Assembly: GCF_030144855.1 (NCBI RefSeq)
Contig: NC_082710.1
Span: 184,822,001 to 184,886,000 of the forward strand
Direction: 5' to 3'
Length of the DNA: 64,000 nt
DNA from: Hypanus sabinus
Lineage: Eukaryota
Position numbers and translations under genes: made by a program. The notes beneath the pieces are model-generated. The model was not told the DNA's origin, ran no database searches, and saw nothing but the letters and a program-made list of their open reading frames with translations. This document shows, piece by piece, positions 11,291-23,078 of the stretch (within the stretch, counting starts at the first letter, position 1; every line of letters begins with the position of its first letter).

Positions 11291-11769
11291 CCTCCACTCA
11301 GAAGTGCTCTCGATCCTACCACACCGCCTAGTTCCAGAGAGTAGTGGATACCCAGTCCCCACCCCAGGTGTTCTCGAGTCTCTCCCCTCCCTTGACCTTC
11401 GGAGCAGTGGGTGCCCGATACCCTCACCTGAAGGTGCTCCCGACCCCCCCCCCCCCAGACACCAGTGAACAGTTGGGGCTTTATCCCCTCCCATAGATAT
11501 TCCCAACCCCCCCCACCCCCGCCCATCAAAGCAGTGGGTGGCTGATCCCCCACACACAGACGCCCACTCACCAGTGTCCAGTAACCACCCCCTCATCACC
11601 ACCCAGAGGTAGCCGCAAGCCTTTCACCCAGTGAGCAGTGGGCGCACAGGCCCCTCACCCACCCAATCACCATGGAGCAGTGGTGCCCAAACCCCCCATT
11701 CCACTCACAGACACCCAGGGGTGCTTTCACATTCAGCCACCCCATCTGCTTCCCCTTCCGAGTATTACC

Positions 11770-12043
11770 AAGGCCGCCCTCAAATTTCTACATGGGTATT
11801 GTGGGGACCATACTGACTGGCTGCATCATCGTCTGGTACTGGGGAGGGGGCACTGCATAGGATGGAAATAAACTGAAGAAAGTTATAAACTTTAGTAACT
11901 TCCATCCTAGAAACCAGCATCGAGAACATCCTCAATGGCGGTCCCTCAGAAAGGCAGGACCCCACACCCAGTACGTGCCTTGTCCTCATCGGGGAAGAGG
12001 TACAAGAGCCTGAAGGCACACACTCAGGAACAGCTTCTTGCCG

Positions 12044-12083
<40 letters not shown>

Positions 12084-12280
12084 TCATCCGATTCCTCAAT
12101 GGACATTGAACCCATAAACACTACTTCGGTAGTCTCTCTTTTTGCACTGCCTCGTATTTAATTGAACTTTTTAAATATATATATTTATCACTGTAATTTG
12201 TTTTTTAAATTTATGTATTTCCATGTACTGCTGCTGCAAAGCAACACATTTCACAACAGTGATAAACCTGATTCCTGTCC
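11770..12280 (+). mobile_element. Rex1/Babar-type LINE 3' fragment containing a C39 run (12044-12082)
   Basis: NFYMGIVGTILTGCIIVWY and SSGKRYKSLKAHT motifs, followed by an AT-rich tail. Confidence 0.75.
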
Positions 12281-12379
12281 CACACCCAGTTACCAGAGCG
12301 CAACAGGTGACCCACACCCAAAGGTGGCACCGTCAGCCCTCCGCTCACGCAGAGGCAGTGGGTTCCTATGCTAAACGTT

Positions 12380-12865
12380 CTCATATAAAACACTGAGTTT
12401 AATCTTCTTGAAGCTGTTAACAGTAAATACAAATGGAAAATAATGTTTAAAATTAATAAGCAATAAATGTCAGGAAAATTAGACAAAAAAATCCTTGAAA
12501 GTGAGTCTATGAGCTGTGGGAACATTTCAGTGATGGTGCAAGTGAAGTTCTCCCCTCTTGTTCAAAGCCTGATGGTTGAGGGGTAATAACTGTTCCTGAA
12601 CCTGGAGGTGTGGGTCCTGAGGCTCCTTTACCTTCTTCCTGATGGCAACAGTGAGAAGAGAGCACGGCCTGGGTGGTGAAGGTCCCTGATGATGGATGGT
12701 GCTTTCCTACAACAGACTTCATGTAGATGTGCTCAGTGATGGGGAGGGCTTCGCCCGTGATGGACTGGGCCGTATCCACTACTTTCTGTAGGATTTTCTG
12801 TTCAAGGACATTGGAGTTTCCGTACCAGGCCATGATGCAGCCAGTCAGCATACTATTCACCGTCT
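12380..12865 (-). mobile_element. Rex1/Babar-type LINE 3' fragment
   Basis: Minus ORF SMLTGCIMAWYGNSNVLEQKILQKVVDTAQSITG. Confidence 0.8.
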
Positions 12866-13089
12866 ATCAGCTGTGGCTGCTCTCGCACATGGGTGCTCGT
12901 CTCTCCCACCCATAGTTAACCCCAAGGTGTATAAAAGGACCCTATCCCGAACACCCAGCCCCAGGGTGAAGGCCTGACCCTGTTCGTGGTTTGTGCCGGT
13001 GTGGGGGAAGATGGAGTATCTGTCCTGTTTTTGACCTTGTCCAACCGATCTTATGCCTCCCTGCCATAGCCTACCCGCCCACCCAATTA

Positions 13090-14030
13090 CAGTGGATTCC
13101 AATTAATTCGGGGACACAGTATATTTTGGCCCAATTAACTGGCCCAATTGCTCCAATTAGCCGAAGTTTCACAGAAAGGTATAAAAAAGAGAAGCTACAG
13201 TTTAACTGAAATTCAGAATGAATTAGCAAAGTGGTTAGCATAAGGCTTTACAGTACCAGTGACCTGAGTTCAATTCCCACCATTGCCTATAAGGAGTTTA
13301 TACTTTCTCCTTGTGACAGCGTGGGTTTCCTCCATGTGCTCCAGTTTCCTCCCATTCCAAATCTGTCAATTGGCCATCAGGCTGGAGTAAAATCAGGGGA
13401 TCTAAGATCTGGAAGGGCCTATTTCACGCCGTCTCTCAGTAGATAAACAAATACACACATAAATAAAGCTACCAATGCTGTGACAGTCTATAAAACTGTG
13501 TATTAAGTTCCTAATAGTTACCGAAGGAATTCATCCAGTCTACACAATGAACAAAATCAAGCGGACTGCCTTCATACGATCCTTTCGACGGCTACATCCT
13601 CCAAATCCTAATTTTCATTTCAACATTCAAGGTGATTGTCATAGTTCCAAACTTGTTAAAGTAGTGAAATGGGTTTCATTTTCTCCTCCGGCCATCTCCA
13701 AGCCTGAATGCTTGAAACCACAGTGAACAAAACGATTCTGAATTGTCTTAATGTTTATTTCTTGCCAACTAGCAGTGACAGAAATCACTGCTTTTTGAAC
13801 ATAAACACAGGTAACTGACATTGTTTAAAAAATGCTCTAGGTGTGGTGTAGTGTAACGGCCACACAAGTATACAGGACTGACACTAGTTCGAAATTGTTT
13901 GGCAACAGTCTCCTGCCCACAGCCTGGTGTCCAGAAAGAATAAACATAGGGAATCCAGGCTAGTTTCCTATTAGTTTTTGTTCTTTAAGAGTTGTCCCAA
14001 ATAACAGCTGCCCTGATTAAATGATGGCTG
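13090..14030 (-). mobile_element. Tigger/pogo-type DNA transposon remnant, interrupted by a SINE (~13230-13460)
   Basis: TA|CAGTGGATTCC..TTAATT TIR-like end at 13088; minus ORF ASWQEINIKTIQNRFVHCGF resembles a pogo/CENP-B transposase C-terminus; other TIR not seen. Confidence 0.6.
13228..13460 (+). mobile_element. tRNA-derived V-SINE-like SINE
   Basis: gtggttagca...gagttcaattccc A/B-box-like head, then gtgggtttcctcc..gctccagtttcctccca core. Confidence 0.65.
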
Positions 14031-14569
14031 AAGTAGCTGTGTCTCCAACCAAGTTGTGCATCACTTTTAAAATTCCTCACCTTTGTATATAAACCCCTCC
14101 GTCAACATTCGTTTTCTGAACCCTCAGTTCAAATGTCAGACAGAGCTCTAGAATTCTCTCCCTAAACCCCCCCTGCAAAGTCATGAGGGCATAGGGACGG
14201 TCTTTTCCCCAGGTTGGGGAAGGAAGAACGAGGGCAGGGGTGAAAGGGGGAGATGGAGTTTAATTGGAATCTGAGGGTCAGCGCTTTCACCTGAGGATGC
14301 TGGGTCAGAGGGACGAGAAAGTGGTTGAGGGAGCTACGTCCAGCCCCTTGATGGATGGCCAACCAGGACATGCTTCCTTCCCGCTGGTGTCATCAGGAAG
14401 AAGGTACAGGAGCTTCAGGGTCCCACCACCAAGTTCAGCAATGGTTATTACTCCTCAAACATCAGGCTCTTGAACCAATAGGGATAACTTCACCCACCTG
14501 CAACACAAAACTGATTCCTCAAACTATGGATGTACGTTAAGGACTCTACCACTTGTATTTGCGTTCTTT

Positions 14570-17020
14570 AGACCATAAGACATAGGAACAGAATTAGGCC
14601 GTCTGGCCCATCGAGTCTGATCTGCCATTCAATCATGGCTGATTCTAATTTTTATCTCTTCCTCAACCCCAGTTCCTGGCCTTCTCTCCATAACCTTTGA
14701 TGCCATGTCCAATCAAGAATTTATCAATCTCTGCCTTAAGTACACCAAATGACCCGGCCTCCACAGCTGCATGCGGCAACAAATTCACCATGCTGCATCT
14801 CTGTTTTGAAAGGGCACCCCTCTATCCTGAGGCTGTGCCCTTTTGTCCTGGACTCTCCCACCATGGGAAACATCCTTTCCACATCTACTCTGTCTAGGCT
14901 TTTCAACATTTGAAAGGTTTCAATGAGATCCCCCCCCCCATCCTTCAGAATTCCAGCAAGTACTGACACAGAGCCATCAAACGCTTCTTGGAATCCTGGA
15001 ATCATCTTTGTGAACCTCCTCTGGACCCTCTCCAATACCAGCACATCTTTTCTAAGATGAGGGGCCCAAAACTGTTCACAATACTCAAGGTGAGGCCTCA
15101 CCAGCACCTTATAAGATATCAGCATCACATCCTTACTCTTGTGTTCTAGATCTCTTGAATGAATGCAAGCATGGCATTTGCCTTCCACACCTCAACCAGC
15201 AAGTAAACCTTCTGCGTGTTCTACACAAGGACACCCAAGTCCCTCTGCATCTCAGATTCCTGGATTTTCTCCGTTTAGAAGTTAGTCCGCATGTTTATTT
15301 CTACTACCAAAGTGTATGACCATGCATTTTCCAACATTGTATTTCATTTGCCACTTTCTTGCCCATTCTCCTAATCCAAGTCCTTCTGCATCCTACCTGT
15401 TTCCTCAACACTACCTGCCCCTCCACCAATCTTAATATCATCTACAAACTTGGCAACAAAGCCGTCTGATCGATCATTGAAATCATTTATATACAGTATA
15501 AAAAGAAGTGTCCCAACACCGACCCAGGTGGAACAGCACTAGTCATTGGCAGCCAAACAGAAAAGGATCTTTTTATTCCCACTCGCTGCCTCCTACCAAT
15601 CAGCCAATGCTCCAATCATTTTAGGAACTTTCCTGTAGTACCCTAACTTAGTAAGCAGTCACATGTGTGGCACCTTGTTAAAGGCCTTCTGAAAGTCCAA
15701 ATATCTACATCTACTGCATCCTCTTTGTCTATCCTACTTGTAATCTCTTCAAAGAACTCCGAACAGGTTCGTTGAGCAGGATTTTTCCTGAAGGAAACTA
15801 CACTGACTTTGTACTATCTTGTCCTGTGTCACCAAGTACCGCATCACCTCATCCTTAACAATTAACTCCGACATTTTCCCAACCACTGAAGTCAGGCTAA
15901 CTGGTCGGTAACTTGCTTTCTTAAAGAGTGGAGTGACATTTGCAGTTTTCCAGTTCTCTGGCACCATGCCAGAGTCCATTAATTTTTGAAAGCTCATTTT
16001 TAATGCCACCACAATTTCTAACGCTACATCTTTCAGACCGCAAGGGGGCAGTTCCTCTGGTCCAGGTGTGTACCTTTAGATCTTTCAGCTTCACCTTCTC
16101 TCTTGTAATAGCAACTGCACCCACTTCTCTTCCTTCACACACAACAACATCAGGCATACTGCTAGTGTCTTCCACAGTGAGGACTGATGCAAAATACTCA
16201 TTTAGTTCCTCAGCCATTTCCTTGTCCCCCATTATTATCACTCTCGTTTCTCTTTTATTTTTAACATACTTGAAAAAACTTTTACTATCCACTTTGATAT
16301 TTGCTAGCTTGCTTTCATATTTCATCTTTTCCCTTCTAATGTTTTTTTTAGTTGTTTACTGTAGTTTTTTAGAAACTTCCCAATCCTCTACCTTCCCACT
16401 AATGTTTGCTTTGTTGTATGCCCTTTCTTTTGCTTTTACAATGGCTTTGCCTTCTCTTGTCAGCCATGGTTGCACTATTTTACTATTTGAGTATTTCTTC
16501 ACTTTTGGAATACACATGTTCTGCACCTTCCTCATTTTCTCCCAGAAACACACACCATTGCTGCTCTGCTGACATCCCTGCCAGCAGCTCCTTCCAATTA
16601 ACTTTGGCCAACTCCTCTCTCACACCACTGTAATTTCCCTTTCTCCATTGAAATACTGCTACATCAGACTTCACTTTCTCCGTATCAAAATTACTCGTTA
16701 CTAAGGGTTGTTTTACCTTAAGCTCCCTAATCGCCTCTGGTTCATTATATAACACCCAATCCAGTACAGCTGATCCCCTCGTAGGCTCAACGACAAACTG
16801 CTCTAAAAAGCCATCTCACAGGCATTCAGCAAACTCACTCTCTTGAGATCCATTTCCAACCAGATTTTCCCAATTGTCCTGCATGTTGAAATCTTCCATG
16901 ACTACCATAACATTGCCCTTTTGACTCGCCTTTTCTATTTCCTGTTGTAACCTGTGGTCCACCTCCCAGCCACTGTTGGGAGGCCTGTATATAACTGCCA
17001 TCAATGTCCTTTTACCCTGT
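14570..17020 (-). mobile_element. Degenerate CR1 LINE ORF2 (endonuclease to RT to 3' tail)
   Basis: Broken minus ORFs VIYRPPNS, WKTANVTPLFKK..YRPVSLTSVVGK, LVRPHLEYC..ERVQRRFT, DRVDVERMFPMVGESRTKGH. Confidence 0.92.
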
Positions 17021-17229
17021 ATATTACCCTAATAATATACAGTTATTTATTAGTATTATTTTCTTCTGTTTGTCTTTTGTACGTTGGTTGTCCATCTCTT
17101 GTATGCAGTCTTTCATTAATTCTATTTGTGTTACTTTCTATTCATTGTGAATGCCCAAAACAAAATAAACTCCTAGTAGTAAATAGTGACATATACAATA
17201 TGTACTTTGATAATAATTTTTAAACTTTG

Positions 17230-17505
17230 GAAACAGTTGGGCAGGAACATGGATAATTGCTTGAGGAGAAGTTTATTTAGCTTGGAGCAGAGATGAGGGG
17301 GAATTTCTTTTGCAAGAAGGTAGAGGATGTGTGGAATTTATTGCTGCAGCTGGCTGTGGTGCCCAGGCCATTGGGTATATTGATAGGCTCTTGATTAGTA
17401 ATGCGTCTAAGGTGTCGAGGAGAATGGGGTTGAGAGGGAATATAAAACAGTTACAATCAAACCATTAGGCTGAATGGCCTAATTGTGTTCTTGTGATATT
17501 ATGAG
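17230..17505 (+). mobile_element. CR1 3' fragment
   Basis: gagatgagggggaatttcttt... and ggctgaatggcctaattgtgttc CR1 tail. Confidence 0.6.
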
Positions 17506-17754
17506 CAGAAAAGTTTTGCAGGGAAATGGGAGAGGGCATGACATTGATCAGTTGGTCCAAAGGACCTGTTTCTGTGCAGTTGGCCCACAAGAGGTGACAG
17601 TGTGCAGTGGAGTTCCATGTTGTTGGACACTGTGGCTCTTATTGCTCAAAGGAAGAGGAACTAAAGAAGGCCACTTATCTCTTTGAGTTTGTCGTGTCCC
17701 TCTGCAGAATCATATCTGCTTCTGCCTCTTTCATCTACACTTCTCCCATTCTGG

Positions 17755-18075
17755 GTGCTGTGGAGGCGTAGCGGTTAGCGCAATGGTATTACAACTCGGG
17801 GCATCAGAGTACGGAGTTCAGCCCCGACATCTTCTGTAAAGAGTTTGTATATCTTGAAATTAAATGAAATTAAAAGAAATTTTTTTTTGAAATGAAATGA
17901 AATTTTATTTCGATCAGTACAAACATAACAAAAGCACCATTTTCAACGATGATTTCGTAAAACAAACTTAAATAGGTTAATTTTCCCGTGATAAGGCTGG
18001 GGTTAAATGGCTGGGTTGCTGGCGGTACAGGTCAAAAGGCTGGAGGGTGCTGTTCTGCACTGTATCTCTAAATAA
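17755..18075 (+). mobile_element. SINE remnant with tRNA-like head
   Basis: gtagcggttagcgcaatg..gagttcagcccc head; tail ctgttctgcactgtatctctaaataaa. Confidence 0.55.
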
Positions 18076-18119
18076 AGCTGGTTTCCTGACATGAAGACAG
18101 ATAAACTGGCTTTAGAGGC

Positions 18120-18830
18120 AGTCAGTTTCAAAGATGAGGGGATGAGCCTATGAGGAGAGACTTGAGTCGCCTGGGGCTTTCAGGAGGCAGAGGGGATCTT
18201 GTACATACATATGAAAGGGATGGGTAAGATGGAGGCAGGAAAGTTGTCTCCGCTGGTGGGTGAGATAGAACTAGGGTTCATAGCCTCAAGATTTGATTAA
18301 GGATTAGCTATGTTTGTCACGTATACATTGAAATATCCAGTGAAATACGTCCAATTGATTCAGCGAGGATTACACTCTTCCAGTTCCAACATAGCATATC
18401 CACATCACGCTAATCCTAACCCTGAGGAATCCGGAGCACCTGGAGAGGAATGGCAAGGTCACAGGGTGAACGTTCAAACTCCTTACAGGGAAGCCACTGT
18501 TGGTGTTGTAAAACATTACTCTAGCCACTATGCTCTGGTGCCAGTTCAGCAAAATAGATGTAAGATGGAGATGAGGAGAAACTGCTTTTCCCAGAGAGCA
18601 GTGAGTCTGGAATTCTCAGCCTGGGAAGGCAGTAGGGTGCCTTATTAAATTTATTTAAGATAGATTTAGAGGGATTTTTGTACAGCAGGGAATTTAAGAA
18701 TTTAAAGGGCGGTAGGTGGAGTTGAGTTCACGGCCAAATCAGCCATGGTCTTCTTGGATGGCAGGTCGGGCACGATGGGTCCGATGGCTGACTCCTGCAA
18801 CTAGTCATTATGTCCTTTGTTCTTCTAAAT
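18120..18830 (+). mobile_element. CR1 3' fragment interrupted by an antisense SINE (~18290-18545)
   Basis: EMRRNCFSQRAVSL-coding segment and CR1 tail; reverse-complement V-SINE-like core at ~18430-18480. Confidence 0.7.
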
Positions 18831-18909
18831 TGTCTTTAATTACAAGGTATGTAGAGTGAGCAGTTGTCCAGGATACTGCAAGCTATTATAAAAGCTATCA
18901 GTTGTTAGA

Positions 18910-20361
18910 TGGTGCCTGGAGAAACTATTCACCTCCCCTTGGAAGTTTTCATGTTTTATTGTTTTACAACATTCAATCACAGTGGATTTAATTTGGCTTT
19001 TCTTACCCTGGTCAACAGAAAAAGACTTTCGTGTCAAAGTGAAAACAGATCTCTACAAAGTGATCTAAATCAATTATAAATATAAAACACAAAGTAATTG
19101 ATTGCGTAAGTATTCACCCCCCCCCCTTTAATATGGCACACCAGATCATCACTGGTGGAGCAAATTGCTTTTAGAAGTAACATAATTGGTTAAATGGGGA
19201 TTTCTTTTGGAGACCTGCGTGCAGTCAAAGTGTTTCAATGGATTGTCGTAAAAATACACCTGTATCTGGAAGGTCCAACTACTGATGAGTCAGAGTCCTG
19301 GCAAAAACTACACCACAAAGACAAAAGAACACTCCAAGCAACAAAAGATTATTGAAAAGCACAAGTCAGGAGATAGATACAAGGAAATTTCCAAGTCACT
19401 CAATACTTCAAGTACAGTTAAGTCAATCATCAAGAAATTGAAAGAATATGACACAGCTGTAATTCTGCCTAGAAGAAGTCACCCTCAAAACTGAGTGACC
19501 GTGCAAGAAGGGGACTAGTGAGGGAGGTCACCAAGAGACCTATGACAACTCTGGAGGCGTTACAAGCTTCACTGGCTGAGATGGGAGAGATTGCATGTAT
19601 AACAACTGTTGCCCGCGTGCTTCACCTGTCACAGCTTTATGGGAGAGTGGCAACGAGAAAGCCACTGTTGGGAAAACGGCACATGAAATCTTAGCTAGAG
19701 TTTGCTAGAAGGCATCTTGCTGTGGGGATGCTTCACTGCAGCAGGCCCTGGAAGGGTTGTGAAGATGGAGGGTAAAACACATGCAGCAAAATACAGGGAA
19801 ATCCTGGAGGAAAACCGATGCAGTCTGCAACTTGGGAGATTTGTCTTCCAGCAAGGCAATGACCTCAAGCATAAAGCCAAAACTAGACAGGAATGACTTA
19901 AAAACAACAAAGTTAATGTCCTGGAGTGGCCAAGTCAGAGTCTAGACCTCTATCCAATTGAGAATTTGTGGCCGGACTTGAAAAGGCTGTTCATTCACAA
20001 TCCCTGTGCAATCTGACAGAGCTTGAGTAGTTTTGTAAAGAAGAATGGGGAAAGATTGCAGTGTCCAGATGTGCAAAGCTGATAGAGACCGATCCACACT
20101 GGCTCAAGGTTGTAATTGCTGCCAAAGGTGCATCTACTAAATACTGAGTTGAAGTGATGGATACTTATACAAACAATTATTTTTGAGTTTCATGTTTGTA
20201 ATTCGGTCACTTTGTAGAGATCTGTTTTCACTTTGACACAAAAGAGTAATTTTCTGTTCATCTGTGTCAAAAAATGACAAATTAATCCACTGTTACTCAA
20301 TATTGTAAGACAATAAAACATGAGAACTTCTAAGGAGGGTGAATACCTTTTATAGGCACTG
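18910..20361 (+). mobile_element. Tc1-like DNA transposon with long (IR/DR-type) TIRs and an internally deleted, dead transposase (~19313-20147)
   Basis: Inverted repeats of ~200 bp (gtgcct..tattcacc.. / ..ggtgaatac..aggcactg|TA); peptides KTKEHSKQ..EKHKSGDRYKEISKSLN, WGCF, FQQGNDLKH, GASTKY*. Confidence 0.92.
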
Positions 20362-20496
20362 TATATTGCTAGGGGAATTGGGAAGTTATGCCTCATTTAG
20401 ACGAGGCTGTGATGAGACCAGATCTCATGTGTTGCATTCAATGTAGATCCCTGTGGGTAAGGAAACATGCTGATCTGTCAAAATTCTGGCTTCCTC

Positions 20497-20533
20497 CAGT
20501 CCTGATGAAGGCTCTTGACTGAAATGCTGACTG
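20497..20533 (+). ncRNA. Degenerate minimal hammerhead ribozyme motif in a Penelope-like terminal repeat
   Basis: cagtc-CTGATGA-aggctcttgact-GAAA-tgct-gactg; related copies at 23917-23954, 33398-33430 and 33741-33771(-). Confidence 0.55.
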
Positions 20534-20960
20534 TTTCTTCCCCTCTACAGATGCTGCCTGACCTCCAGCATATTGTCTGGATTTCCAGCATCTGCAGAAT
20601 CTCATGTTTATGGTTTGTTGCAGCAGTGAAATGCCTTTGAGTGATGTTTAAATCTGTTTGATGGGAGTTGAGTGAGACCCCTCTCACTGCTCCCCTCAGT
20701 GATATCTGCTGTCATCTGACTCTTCGACCATGAACTCGACTCAAGCTTGACCTTCTTTCCCACCTGCAAACTTACTGACTGACTGTTATGCTGCTGGTGT
20801 TTTGGGCAGCGATGAAGGTCCTCCATCTCTAGTGGTGTTCGGGGCTTCCTTCATCCAGTGGGTTTCATTGCTGTCCGCCATGCATGTACTGGGAGGAGAC
20901 TCAGGAATACCATCACATTCAGACGTAGGAGGATTCTTCATTGCAGTTTCGTTAACAGCC

Positions 20961-22050
20961 TTAAGACATAGGAGCAGAATGAGGCCATTCAGCCTGTCAG
21001 CTCTGCTGTGCCGTTCCAGCATGGCTGACCCCGGATCCCACTCAACCCCATACACCTGCCTTCTCACCATATCCTTTCATGCACTGACTGATCAGGAAAC
21101 TATCAACTTCTGCCATGGACTTGGCCTCCACTGCAGTCTTTCACAGATTTACTACTCTTTGGCTAAAAATATTCCTCCTCACCTCTGTTCTAAAGGGTTT
21201 CTCCTCAATTTTGAGGCTGTGCCCTCTAGTTCTGGATACCCCCACCAGAGGAAACATCCTCTGCACATCTACCCTACCTAGTCCTTTCAACATTCCATAG
21301 GTTTCAGTGAGGTCCCCATGCATTCTTCTAAATTCCAGTGAGTACAGACCCAAAGTTGCCAAGCACTCCTCATATGTTAACTCCTTCATTCCCGGAACCA
21401 TCCTTGTGAACCTTCTCTCGATTCTGTCCAGTAACAATACATCCTTTCTGAGATAAGGGGCCCAAAACTGTTGACAATACTCCCGTGCGGCCTGACTAGT
21501 GTTTTATAAAGCCTCAGCATTATCTCCTTGTTTTTATATTATATTCCCCTTGAAATAAATGACAACATTGTGTTGCCCTTCTTTGCCACAGGCTCAACCT
21601 GTAAGTTAACCTCTGGGAGTCTTGCACGAGGACTCCCAAGTCCCTCTGCACTTCTGATGTTTGGACCTTCTCCCCATTTAGGTAATAATCCACACGATTA
21701 TTCCTTTTACCAGAATGCATTATCATACATTTCCCAACTCTGTATTCCATCTACCACTTTTTTCCCCATACTTCCAATTTGTCAAAGTCCTGCTGCAATT
21801 GCATTGCTTCATTAGCATTATCTAACCCTCCACCTATCTTCGTATCATCCAAAACTTTGTCACAAAGGCATCAATTCCATTATCCAAGTCATTGACAAAC
21901 AATGTGAAAAGCACCAATCCCAATACTGACCCCTGAGGGATCACTACTAGTCACTGGCAGCCAACCAGAAAACGCCCCTTTTATTCCCACTCGCTCTCCT
22001 TTTGCCTGTCAGCCATTCCTCTGTGGGTGCTAGTATCTTTCCACTAATAC
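20961..22050 (-). mobile_element. CR1 LINE 3' part, degenerate
   Basis: Minus ORF RRFTRMVPGMKELTYEECL..RVDVQRMFPLVGVSRTRGH..FSQRVVNL plus tail. Confidence 0.9.
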
Positions 22051-22204
22051 CGACATCCATGCAGGATATGACCCTTCTACAACCACTCTTTGCCTTCTGT
22101 GGGCAAGCCAATTCTGGATCCACAAAGCAATGTCTCCTTGGATCCCATACCTCCTTACTTTCTCAATAAGCCTAGCATGGGGTACTTTATCAACTGCCTT
22201 GCTG

Positions 22205-22410
22205 AGTGATTACGCAGAAAGTTTATAACTCATCTCCTTCTAACTTAGGTCACAAACTTATCAATCACCCCTACTGTGGACGTTTCCTGGAGGTCCAAGA
22301 TCCATGACCGCTGGACTAAGTGTATAAATGTAGGAGGGGACTATGTTGAAAAATAAATGTGCTAGGTTGGCTCCTTCTACCTTAGGCCACGAACTTATCA
22401 ATCACCCCCA
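22205..22410 (+). mobile_element. Mariner-derived non-autonomous remnant
   Basis: Encodes DRWTKCINVGGDYVEK* (mariner transposase C-terminus-like); ends aacttatcaatcacccc..TA; ~40-bp direct repeat at 22235-22272 and 22371-22410. Confidence 0.65.
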
Positions 22411-22639
22411 TATACTACATCTACTGTTCTACCTTCATCAGTGTGTTTAGTCACATCCTCAATCTCTAGAGCACGACCTGTCTTTGACAAAACCATGCTG
22501 ACTATTCCTCATCATATTGTGCCACAATATCCTGCCTTTCAGGATATTTTCCATCAACTTACCAACTACTGAAGTAAGACTCACTGGTCTATAATTTCCT
22601 GGGCTATCTCTACTCCCTTTCTTGATTAATGGAACAACA

Positions 22640-23078
22640 TTTTGATTAATGGAACAATTTGAACAAGTTAGGTCTTTATTCTTTGAAGCGTAGAATGTTG
22701 AGGGGGGACTTGATAGAGGTATTTAAAATTATGAGGGGGATAGATGGAGTTGACATCTATCCATTTTTTCCATTGAGAGTAGGGGAGATTCAAACAAGAG
22801 GACGAGTTGAGTTGGGGGCAAAAGTTTAGGGGTAACACGAGGGGGAACTTCTTTACTCAGAGAGGCGGTAGCTGTGTGGAACGAGCTTCCAGTAGAAGTG
22901 GTAAAGGCAGGTTCGATATTGCCATTTAAAAAAAAATTGGATAGGTACATGGACAGGAAAGGAGCGGAGGGTTATGGGCTGAGTGCAGGTCTGTGGGGCT
23001 AGGTGAGAGTAAGCGTTCAGCACAGACTAGAAGTGCCGAGATGGCCTGTTTCTGCGCTGTAATTGTTATATGGTTATA
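22640..23078 (+). mobile_element. 5'-truncated CR1 inserted into an older antisense CR1
   Basis: CR1 ORF2 C-terminal segment (ggtctttattctttg..ggggacttgatagaggtatttaaaatt) and gttatatggttata tail; host sequence ggaacaaca|tctgcaaccc is split by it. Confidence 0.8.

Noticed and set aside
10647-11602. 100-180 aa ORFs across the CpG island
   Set aside because: Low-complexity Gly/Pro/Arg translations expected from GC-rich DNA; no recognisable domain
13228-13290. tRNA gene-like A/B boxes (also ~17765 and ~24330)
   Set aside because: SINE heads; no complete cloverleaf, and SINE body or tail sequence follows
17500-17755. Possible extra exon (acceptor-like gtgtccctctgcag at ~17708)
   Set aside because: No convincing downstream donor or coding signal; cannot be supported without RNA data
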